A DNA stretch of 64,000 nucleotides from an uncultured Nitrososphaerota archaeon (GTDB lineage Archaea > Thermoproteota > Nitrososphaeria > Nitrososphaerales > Gagatemarchaeaceae). Position numbers and translations under genes: made by a program. Below, piece after piece: positions 38,050-45,721 of this stretch. Location: NCBI GenBank assembly GCA_963838925.1, contig CAWISW010000003.1:754595-818594 (forward strand). Reading direction: 5' to 3'. Position 1 is the first letter of the stretch. The number at the start of each line of letters is the position of its first letter. Below the pieces are notes generated by a model, which was not told where the DNA came from, did no database searches, and worked only from the letters and a program-made list of their open reading frames with translations.

Positions 38050-39086
38050 CAGCTGAGCTTCACCTCTCCGGTGAAAGAGAGCGCGTCGATGAGGCCCTCG
38101 GCGTACCCAACGCTGAGCATGGCGAGCTCGTCCTGGTTGTTCGCCAGGAAGTTCTCCGAGTCCTTCAGGTAGAGCTCGGCGTTCTCGAGCAGGTCCTTGT
38201 GCCTCTCCTTCAAGCTCTCTCTCGCCTCCTTGAGCGCCCGCTTCGCTTTTTCAACATAACGAGGCACCAAGACCTGTGCCGTTCGTTTGACCGTAGCCGA
38301 GTTGTCGACGATGTCCTTCTTGTCTATCTTTAGGACCGCCTCAAGGACCTCTTCCTCGGTGAAGTGCAGCCTTCCCGGGATTATGACGCAGTGGGGCGGC
38401 GGCCCGAACGACCTGGACCCGAGCGCCCCCATCGGTCCTCCGATGACGGATGCGTCCTTCATGCCGACCCTGCCCAGGACCAGCGCCAGCGTCCCCTCGG
38501 ACAGGACCTCCCGCTTGAAGTTCTTCTCCGCGTCCATGAGCCTCTGGAAGACGAAGCTCGGCTCCACGCCCTGCTTCTTCTCGACGTCGTACTCCAGCAG
38601 CAGCAGCGTGTGCTGGCCCTCGAGCAGGTTGCGGTGGATTCGCTGGTAGACGTCCTGGTGGTGGGAGGCGCTCTCCACGGTGAAGGTTATCGTCCCTCCG
38701 AACTTGTAGTAGTGGAGCCCGCTCTCGCTCGCCGCTGCAGCCGGGATCGTCGTCCCGTGGACGACGCTCGTCCGTATCCCCCGGGAGGCCGCCCTTACCC
38801 TGAGGTCGTTGTGGGTGGTCGCGATCATGGGGTCGCCCTGGACGGCGAGCACAACCCTGGAGGCGCCCGCCTTCTCGAGGATCTCCCTTCCGTCTTCCAC
38901 GAACTCCCTGCCGACGAGCGAGACCTTCTTCCCCGTCGCCATCTCCAGGTCGTCTACCAGCGCCGCCGAGCCGGGTGAGGTGTAGCGCTCGAGGTATGTC
39001 GAGTCGGAGGACTTTATCGCATCTATCCCCGCCAAGCTGACGCCGCGTTCCCCAAGCCCCAACCCCACGAAGACCAGTTCTCCCAA
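38046..39086 (-). CDS. dph5: Diphthine synthase fused to C-terminal DUF357
   Basis: FVGLGL, ERYTS, GDPMIATTH, GLHYYKFG, HTLLLL, FGPPPHCVIIPG; tail YLKDSENF...SVGYAEGLIDA. Confidence 0.93.
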   Translation of the reverse strand: MGELVFVGLGLGERGVSLAGIDAIKSSDSTYLERYTSPGSAALVDDLEMATGKKVSLVGREFVEDGREILEKAGASRVVLAVQGDPMIATTHNDLRVRAASRGIRTSVVHGTTIPAAAASESGLHYYKFGGTITFTVESASHHQDVYQRIHRNLLEGQHTLLLLEYDVEKKQGVEPSFVFQRLMDAEKNFKREVLSEGTLALVLGRVGMKDASVIGGPMGALGSRSFGPPPHCVIIPGRLHFTEEEVLEAVLKIDKKDIVDNSATVKRTAQVLVPRYVEKAKRALKEARESLKERHKDLLENAELYLKDSENFLANNQDELAMLSVGYAEGLIDALSFTGEVKLSW

Positions 39087-39177
39087 GTTCTCGCCACGGG
39101 CGACCGCCGGCTCCCTAATAATACTCGACGCCTGCGGTGGAAAGTAAATATCCCACACTTTGACCGGCACCCATGCG

Positions 39178-39319
39178 GGGCCCGTGGCTCAGAGGCTCAG
39201 TCGAGAAGACTGAGTCGAGAAACCAGGTCAGAGCGGCTGGCTCTTAGCTAGCAGTGGGAGCAACCAGCATGTCGTGGGAAGCGTCAAAGCGCTCACGAAT
39301 TCAAATCCCACCGGGCCCG
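39178..39319 (+). tRNA. tRNA-Lys(CTT) with three introns: 39193-39222 (15/16), 39247-39262 (37/38), 39279-39299 (53/54)
   Basis: Removing the three inserts gives GGGCCCGTGGCTCAGCCAGGTCAGAGCGGCTGGCTCTTAACCAGCATGTCGTGGGTTCAAATCCCACCGGGCCCG, a complete cloverleaf with anticodon CTT at 39243-39245; each junction folds into a BHB or BHB-like motif; CCA is not encoded. Confidence 0.92.
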
Positions 39320-40609
39320 CACAACTCTCCTCTTCCCTTGCTTGCCTGAACCTCTGACTTTTCTAACAACAATACTGCGCAAGGTCTTTTCGTCGTCAAG
39401 ATACGAAAAGATGATGAAACCTACGCGAATTGCACTATTGTTAGCGAAGTCCTGACCCAGTTTCCTTGCGAGGGAAGCGAGTTGAGTTTTGATTGCCTCT
39501 TCTCGGCTGAACGGAAGAAATTGTGTAAAGTCCGCGATTAGTCTCGCCTGAATCGAGAAACGGTGATCAGCGGTCCAAAGGTCTCTTCCGCCTGCTGAAG
39601 GCTCGCCGATAACGGGGTTACTTAGTCCTAAGAATCTGGTACCAACCGAGTGAGCTATTTCTGCGCCTAACCTTCCATGTTCATAGGCTGTTCCTGAGTA
39701 AAGCATCTTGTTTTCAAGAGCCCTCAGGATTCGCACCTTGAAGTGGAGGTGCGAAGTGGGTAACCCCTTAAGAAAGGATGGCGCCGCCTTTTCCAATTCA
39801 AAATCGAAAAGTTCCACGGGACTCTTGAGATAGCTTGTCCACAGATTGAATCTCCTAAACTTGCTGTAGGCGATTATCAGTCTGATTCCGTCCGAGAATA
39901 CTAATCTTGCAATTCTGAACTGTCTTCCATCTTCAACTCCAAGTAACCCGTGGCAATCTCCGTCGTGATAAAGTGCCAGCCTCTTTTCTCGACTGAACAA
40001 GTCATTAACCTTCGCAATGAGTCGAGGTCGTCGGTTTGAGCTACCAAGATTTGTTATGGTGGCCTGTATATGGAATGATTCCTTCATCCGTCCCCGTTCT
40101 TGATCTAGATGGAGCCTTATTGCGCCCTTACCAATAACTTCAAAGGACATTCTGACTCTTTTTGGAGCTCGTCTTATTCCGATTGAGTTGAGAAACCTAA
40201 CCTCCTTAAGGTTCTCGAGAAAGAGCCCATGAGTCAGAAGGCGCAGCCGAAGGCTTACCCTTGCGCCAACTGGCGCAGCATAGCTGGGGATTGTCGGCCT
40301 CCAAAACAGCTTGCCTTCAAAAGCTCGGTAGAAGAGATGACTCGAACCCGCGACTTGGATTTCATAAAACCTTGCAAGAGGTGATGACCCAATCTTCTGT
40401 TTGTTGGGCCCTGGCAAATCTTCGGAACGGATTCGCAACCTTCCGGCTTTGTTAATTCTGGCATTCAATGACGCGACTTGCTGAATCGCACTGTCTGGTG
40501 GATTTGGTAGCACCCGCTCTCTCCCGATTATCACAATCTGCTTTATATTCGCCGACGCCAGGAATCGCAAGCGAGCTTCAGGTCTTGCATCTAGAGTTCG
40601 ATATCGCAA
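39293..40609 (-). CDS. Basic hypothetical protein, possible C-terminal PD-(D/E)XK-like nuclease domain
   Basis: 438-aa ORF with AT-richer codon usage; HGRLGAEIA...GRDL...SIQAR pattern; 3' end runs antisense into the tRNA. Confidence 0.6.
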   Translation of the reverse strand: MRYRTLDARPEARLRFLASANIKQIVIIGRERVLPNPPDSAIQQVASLNARINKAGRLRIRSEDLPGPNKQKIGSSPLARFYEIQVAGSSHLFYRAFEGKLFWRPTIPSYAAPVGARVSLRLRLLTHGLFLENLKEVRFLNSIGIRRAPKRVRMSFEVIGKGAIRLHLDQERGRMKESFHIQATITNLGSSNRRPRLIAKVNDLFSREKRLALYHDGDCHGLLGVEDGRQFRIARLVFSDGIRLIIAYSKFRRFNLWTSYLKSPVELFDFELEKAAPSFLKGLPTSHLHFKVRILRALENKMLYSGTAYEHGRLGAEIAHSVGTRFLGLSNPVIGEPSAGGRDLWTADHRFSIQARLIADFTQFLPFSREEAIKTQLASLARKLGQDFANNSAIRVGFIIFSYLDDEKTLRSIVVRKVRGSGKQGKRRVVRARWDLNS

Positions 40610-40805
40610 GCATACTACAGAAACGATTGCAACGAGTGAAGGACAAACAGAATCGAGACTCGATGAATTCTCGATGTCAATGGATATGAGAACCTAGGCA
40701 AGTTTGGGAGCTTCATTGGATCTCGAGATCCCTTAATCAAAACAAGGACTCATTACTTTCTCTTATCCAGGAAATAGTCATGGGTTCAAATCCCACCGGG
40801 CCCGC
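39300..40805. mobile_element. Small tRNA-integrated genomic islet with no integrase visible
   Basis: Flanked by the 21-bp direct repeat TTCAAATCCCACCGGGCCCGC (39300-39320 and 40785-40805); interior is visibly AT-richer than the flanks. Confidence 0.8.
40760..40805 (+). repeat. att-like copy of the tRNA-Lys 3' half in spliced (intron-free) form
   Basis: CTCTTATCCAGGAAATAGTCATGGGTTCAAATCCCACCGGGCCCGC compared with spliced tRNA CTCTTAACCAGCATGTCGTGGGTTCAAATCCCACCGGGCCCG. Confidence 0.85.
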
Positions 40806-40932
40806 TCAAATCATCCTCGAGCGTGCGGAGGCCTTGCCGAGACGGGTCAGCAGGAGAAGCCGGTCGCGCGCCGAAATTATTAACGATAACATAAGTTAAA
40901 TATCTCTCGCAGGCAATCGACTCCGAAGCATC

Positions 40933-41316
40933 TTGACCGTGGTGAGCCTTTCTTTTCCCGATAGCATGCTGAAGGAGATGGACGCAATCCAGAAGGACTC
41001 GGGGTTCACGGGGAGGTCAGAGCTCGTCCGTGCCGCGATTCGAATGCTTCTCGAAGACTCGAGGGAGAGGGCGGCTTCCGTGGGAGAGATGAACGGGTTG
41101 CTCGTGGTCACCCACGACGAAGAGGAGGAGGCGCCCGTCACCAAGCTGAAGCACCAATACGAGGACATCATCACCACGCATGTCCACAACAAGACCAAGA
41201 CGTCGATGTGCATAGAGCTCTTCGTCGTCCAGGGGGACGCCAAGAAGATCAACGCCATGACCAAGTCCTTCCAGGCCGAGGACAAGATGAAGAGCACGAA
41301 GCTCATCCCGATCTAG
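40933..41316 (+). CDS. NikR/CopG ribbon-helix-helix metal-responsive regulator
   Basis: VVSLSFP...GFTGRSELVRAAIR RHH domain; C-terminal THVH...CIE metal site. Confidence 0.9.
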   Translation: MTVVSLSFPDSMLKEMDAIQKDSGFTGRSELVRAAIRMLLEDSRERAASVGEMNGLLVVTHDEEEEAPVTKLKHQYEDIITTHVHNKTKTSMCIELFVVQGDAKKINAMTKSFQAEDKMKSTKLIPI

Positions 41317-41412
41317 GGACCAGCCACGCATATCCCCGCCTCGAACCGATATTGACAACGCTAAGATGGACTCTAACAGCTCGTTCGAGTCTTATCCGAT
41401 TAATCCTCTAAT

Positions 41413-41443
41413 GTTAATACTTTGTCGACAAATAGTTATTAAT
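41413..41443. promoter_or_regulatory. Candidate operator GTTAAT-N19-ATTAAT enclosing the palindrome TTTGTCGACAAA
   Basis: Inverted half-sites overlapping the TATA-like region of the 36-aa gene; same spacing as the sites at 42577 and 57945. Confidence 0.45.
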
Positions 41444-41464
41444 CTCCGAGTTGTCTCCGCTCAC

Positions 41465-41575
41465 ATGTCAAGCGGGTCCAACTCGCCGGTCAGTCGGTAC
41501 CGAATGTGGGCGGCGGTTATCGTCGCCATCGCGCTCGTCTTGATGGCCGTCGCGTTCTATTTCGTGGCAGGCTGA
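41465..41575 (+). CDS. Small single-pass membrane protein (36 aa)
   Basis: MSSGSNSPVSRYRMWAAVIVAIALVLMAVAFYFVAG; ATG about 22 nt after TTATTAAT, consistent with a leaderless transcript. Confidence 0.6.
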   Translation: MSSGSNSPVSRYRMWAAVIVAIALVLMAVAFYFVAG

Positions 41576-41638
41576 AGCTTATTCCGTCGGGGAGCCAAGA
41601 CAGCTTATCTCGCGACGAGTCCGTCTAGCGTGTCAGTC

Positions 41639-42397
41639 TCACCGAGTCGAGGATGAAAGATCAGTTCGGAGGTGACGTTTATCCTCGCGACCATGACTTC
41701 TCTCTCCGTTGAGCACGAAATGGTCGGTCGCGCCGAGGATCAAGATGCCTATCCCTAGAGCGAGGAGCAGGTCGGCATTCGTCAGCCAAGCCAACGGGGT
41801 GCCAACCTGAACGTCCATGACGTGAACTCCGAACTCGCGCCTGTCAAAGAGGAGGATTTCTATCGGAAGGACGATTGTGGCGGCCGCAGCGAACTCGAAC
41901 GAACGGACCAACCTCTTGCCGAGTCCGCCTTGGAAGAAGGCGACCGAGAAGAGGAGGAGCATTCCGAGCCAGCCCATGTAGTACACGTCCAAGCTCGACC
42001 GGACAGTGGGAAACTGAACTAGACCCAGATAGGCGACGAGCCAGCCGGACGGAAGCCGGCTCGGGTAAAGCGTAAGCGCAGGCCCTAACAGGCCGCTCGT
42101 CCACAGGAACGCCAGGTTGAGGACGACGAGACTGGCCACCATCCCCGAGATGAGGGCCACCCTCTTGCTCAAGATGCGAAGCCAGAAACCCGCGAACAAC
42201 CAGGCCGCAGAGTACTCCAGGAACAGATTTCCTGAATCCCGAAGGCCGCCATATGCCCCGTAGATGTGATACGAGGATGGAGCGGCCAAAAACTGAGTAT
42301 AGTAGAATACCGCCGCGCCGAGACAAGCGGTTGAAGCGCCGAAGGCTGCTCGTGCGCCCCACTTTCGGAAGGAGGCCGAGACCGACACTAATTCCAT
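41639..42397 (-). CDS. Hypothetical integral membrane protein
   Basis: About six hydrophobic segments; PIEILLFD...WLTNADLL. Confidence 0.7.
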   Translation of the reverse strand: MELVSVSASFRKWGARAAFGASTACLGAAVFYYTQFLAAPSSYHIYGAYGGLRDSGNLFLEYSAAWLFAGFWLRILSKRVALISGMVASLVVLNLAFLWTSGLLGPALTLYPSRLPSGWLVAYLGLVQFPTVRSSLDVYYMGWLGMLLLFSVAFFQGGLGKRLVRSFEFAAAATIVLPIEILLFDRREFGVHVMDVQVGTPLAWLTNADLLLALGIGILILGATDHFVLNGERSHGREDKRHLRTDLSSSTR

Positions 42398-42576
42398 GAA
42401 TAGTCCACCCTCAGTGCAGCGCTCCCCTGATTAACATGTTCGGTGCATTCGATGGTCGTAGGCCGTTCCGAATGCGCGTCCAGGAAGCCGAGTCGTCCGA
42501 GTCCACGACAGGATTATTACCACCGAGGGGTTCTTAATTAGCAATACTAGAACTATTGCCTGAAGCAGATAGTGAT

Positions 42577-42607
42577 GTTATTTAGAACGTTGACAATACT
42601 TAATAAC
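42577..42607. promoter_or_regulatory. Candidate operator GTTATT-N19-AATAAC upstream of the ABC operon
   Basis: Perfect inverted half-sites overlapping the TATA-like TTAATAA; a second palindrome GCAATA-N7-TATTGC lies at 42541-42559. Confidence 0.5.
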
Positions 42608-42641
42608 CTTGCTCGTGATACGTGAGCCCAGAGAAACGAAG

Positions 42642-43709
42642 ATGGAAACTTCGAAACCAGCGGGAAACAAGCTTCTGATGCCGGCCGTAGCAGTAATAGT
42701 AATCCTGGTGCTCGCCGTAGGGGCAGGGCTTTACTTTACCAGGGGCTCGTCCTCCACCACGACCTCGACGGTAACCGTTAGTGGGTCTAGTTCGGTAAAC
42801 ACGGGGTCCAACACAGTGATTAACATAGTTGCCGCCGAGAACTTCTGGGGCAACTTGGTGAGCCAGCTTGCGGGTGTTCACGGTAACGTCACCAGCATAG
42901 TCTCAGACCCTAACACCGACCCCCACGAGTACCAGAGCAATCCAGCGAACGCGAAGGCCATAGCCGACGCGAAGCTAGTGATAGTCAATGGGATGAACTA
43001 CGATACCTGGGCTCAGTTGCTCATCAACGCGAGCAACACTCCGGGCCAGACCGTGGTCACTGCTCAAAACGTCGTAGGCATTAAGACCCCAGACCAGACG
43101 CAGACGATAAACGGGGCGACTTCCACGATAAATCCTCACCTCTGGTACAGTCCCTGGTATGTCAACGACACCGTTCACGCAATGTATAACGCGCTCGTGA
43201 AGATAGATCCCACCGATACGCCCTACTTCAACTCGAACTACGCCACCCTGAACTATTCGCTCTATCACGTCTACATGGCGCAGGAGGAGCAGATCAAGGC
43301 GCAGTTCGGTGGCACTTCTTATGGCGATGGCACGGCCAAGAATGGAACAAACATCGCCGCGACGGAGAGCATAGTCATCTTCCTGGCAAACGCCACGGGT
43401 CTGAACATCATCACGCCGCAGGGATTCATGAAGGCCATTGCTGAAGGGGACGATCCGTCTCCCGCGGACGTCGCGACTTTCCAGAACCAGCTGACCGGCG
43501 GGAACGCAACGGTCGCCTGCATGGTCTACAACGTCCAGACCCTCACGCCTATCACCCAACAGCTGAAAGTGGAGGCCACCCAGTACGAGATCCCGATCAC
43601 CACCGTGTCGGAGACGCTACAGCCTCCGAACCTCCCGTTCCAGAACTGGATGCAAGGCGAGGTCGCGGGCCTGCAGAACTGCCTCAACTCCGTAGCCCTA
43701 GGCGCCTAA
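42642..43709 (+). CDS. znuA: Zn/Mn ABC transporter substrate-binding protein (cluster A-I)
   Basis: N-terminal TM plus Ser/Thr linker, AAENFWG, DPHEY, NGMNYD, NPHLWY. Confidence 0.9.
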   Translation: METSKPAGNKLLMPAVAVIVILVLAVGAGLYFTRGSSSTTTSTVTVSGSSSVNTGSNTVINIVAAENFWGNLVSQLAGVHGNVTSIVSDPNTDPHEYQSNPANAKAIADAKLVIVNGMNYDTWAQLLINASNTPGQTVVTAQNVVGIKTPDQTQTINGATSTINPHLWYSPWYVNDTVHAMYNALVKIDPTDTPYFNSNYATLNYSLYHVYMAQEEQIKAQFGGTSYGDGTAKNGTNIAATESIVIFLANATGLNIITPQGFMKAIAEGDDPSPADVATFQNQLTGGNATVACMVYNVQTLTPITQQLKVEATQYEIPITTVSETLQPPNLPFQNWMQGEVAGLQNCLNSVALGA

Positions 43710-43713
43710 ACGA

Positions 43714-44541
43714 ATGAATAGGGCCACGAAGACGGTGGCCGTCGGCGTGCAAACGGCACTCATCACGGCCGACCGCCTTTCAGCAGGCTACAGGGAGAAG
43801 GTGGTCTGGCAGGACGCGAACTTCGAGTTCGGTCGGGGCGAGTTCGTGGCCGTCATAGGGCCGAACGGTGCGGGAAAGACCACGCTGTTTCGCCTGCTTT
43901 TGGGGCTCCAGCCTCCGTTGGCTGGCAGCCTCAAGATCTTCGGCGAGAGTCCTACCCGTGGCAGCCCGCGAATGGGCTACGTACCCCAAAGGCACACGAT
44001 TGACAGCGACACCAACATCGAGTCCCTTGAGCTGGTTCGGCTCGGCCTATCGGGGAAGAAGTGGGGGTTCAATCCGATTGGCCACAAGGACCGCGAAGCC
44101 GCGTTCGAGGCATTGAAAGCCGTTGGGGCAACGGAGCTCGCGCACAAGCCGCTCGGGGTGATGTCCGGGGGAGAGCTCCAGAGAATCTTTCTTGCAGAGG
44201 CCCTTGTGAGCAACCCTGACATCCTCCTGCTGGACGAGCCGCTCTCTAACCTCGACCTCCGTCGAGAGACGGAACTCCTTCACCTAGTGAACGATATCGT
44301 TCGGAAGCGGGGTGTGACCGCCCTGCTCATCGCCCACAACATCAACCCTCTTCTGCCGCACCTCGACAGAGTGATGTATATCGCGAACGGCAAGGTCGCC
44401 ACGGGGAAGCCTGAAGAGGTCCTGACGTCGGAGAGCCTCACCGCGCTCTATGGCGTTCAGGTCGAGGTCCTGCGCGACCCGCACGGTAATGTCGCTATAA
44501 TCGGCGTGGAAGAGCATCACGGCGATCCTGGGGCCGGTTAG
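43714..44541 (+). CDS. znuC: Metal ABC transporter ATPase
   Basis: GPNGAGKTT, GYVPQ, MSGGELQR, LLLDEP. Confidence 0.93.
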   Translation: MNRATKTVAVGVQTALITADRLSAGYREKVVWQDANFEFGRGEFVAVIGPNGAGKTTLFRLLLGLQPPLAGSLKIFGESPTRGSPRMGYVPQRHTIDSDTNIESLELVRLGLSGKKWGFNPIGHKDREAAFEALKAVGATELAHKPLGVMSGGELQRIFLAEALVSNPDILLLDEPLSNLDLRRETELLHLVNDIVRKRGVTALLIAHNINPLLPHLDRVMYIANGKVATGKPEEVLTSESLTALYGVQVEVLRDPHGNVAIIGVEEHHGDPGAG

Positions 44542-44542
44542 C

Positions 44543-45460
44543 GTGAGCGGCAGCTTCAACATCAATCCCAACATCTTCTACGACCTCCAGCAGATGTGGC
44601 ATTACCAGTTCATGCAGCACGCCTTTGAAGCAGGCACTATCATCGCGGTTCTAGCGGGTGTCACGGGCTTTTTTGTGGTGCTCCGTCGGTCCGCATTCAC
44701 CGCCCACGCGTTCTCGGAGATTGGATTCGCGGGAGCGGCGGCAGCAATCCTGATCAATGTCGCCCCGATTGTTGGTCTCTTGGGCGGCTCAATCGCGGGC
44801 GGCCTCGCGATAGCGGCACTCGGCCGCCGCGCCACAAACCGTGACACCCAAATCGGTATTGTGCTTGCATTCTCGCTAGGTCTCGGTCTACTCTTCATCA
44901 GCCTCTATTCCGGCTATTCGACCGAGGCCTATTCGATTCTCTTCGGTGACATACTCGGAATAAGTTCCAGCGCCGTCTTTCTGAGCCTTGAAGCATGCGG
45001 CGTGATTTTGTGCGTTATCGGATTCTTGTACCGGCCCCTTCTGTTCGCGTCTTTGGACGAGGACGTCGCAGAGGCCAAAGGCATGCCGATGCTCTTCCTG
45101 GGAACGATGTTCATGCTGATCGTCGCGGTCTCGGTGTCCTTCGCAGTCCAAGTGACGGGTGTCCTTCTCATCTTCTCTTTGATGGTGACCCCCGCAGCGA
45201 CCGCCACGTATCTCGCGAGGCGACCGCAGCGGGCCATCCTCATCTCGGTTGCGATAGGGGTCGGAGCGACCTGGTCGGGGCTCTTCATCGCCTACTACAC
45301 ACCCTATCCCGTCAGCTTCTTCATAACTGCAGAAGTATTCGGCCTATACATCCTGGTGCGGGTCATCCGCGAGGCGCTCAGGTATCGTGTTCGCCGCGAC
45401 GTGGCTCGGAGGTCGCGACAGATGCCTCTTGAAGCGGGGACAGGGTTAGCTTCCGAATGA
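44543..45460 (+). CDS. znuB: Metal ABC transporter permease (ABC-3 family)
   Basis: FMQHAF, VVLRRSAFTAHAFSE, ILFGDIL, GVLLIFSLMVTPAATA. Confidence 0.92.
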   Translation: MSGSFNINPNIFYDLQQMWHYQFMQHAFEAGTIIAVLAGVTGFFVVLRRSAFTAHAFSEIGFAGAAAAILINVAPIVGLLGGSIAGGLAIAALGRRATNRDTQIGIVLAFSLGLGLLFISLYSGYSTEAYSILFGDILGISSSAVFLSLEACGVILCVIGFLYRPLLFASLDEDVAEAKGMPMLFLGTMFMLIVAVSVSFAVQVTGVLLIFSLMVTPAATATYLARRPQRAILISVAIGVGATWSGLFIAYYTPYPVSFFITAEVFGLYILVRVIREALRYRVRRDVARRSRQMPLEAGTGLASE

Positions 45461-45721
45461 CCTGAAGCCTAGTCCCCTCTCAGCGCGTGCCAACCCACAT
45501 CGGATTCACAAATCACGGCGGACTTCGTTCCACAGCTCATCTCTGGCTCGTTTTCACGACAGGCCGAGGGTTATTATCGGCGCAGTAATTGTTAATGCAA
45601 AGACTATAATACGCTAAACATAAGTAACGCATATTACATATAGAACGCGACAAATGTATCAACCTGAGCCTGAGCGCCTTGGGTGCAAGGTTGGAAGCAG
45701 GGAAGGCGTGGTCGGAGAGGC

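Noticed and set aside
37417-39086. Dph5-DUF357 and wHTH-RibL fusions
   Set aside because: As I recall these are ordinary in Nitrososphaerota; useful for taxonomy but not novel.
45469-45540. Possible 23-aa minus-strand peptide MSCGTKSAVICESDVGWHALRGD in the metal region
   Set aside because: Too short to distinguish from chance without conservation data.
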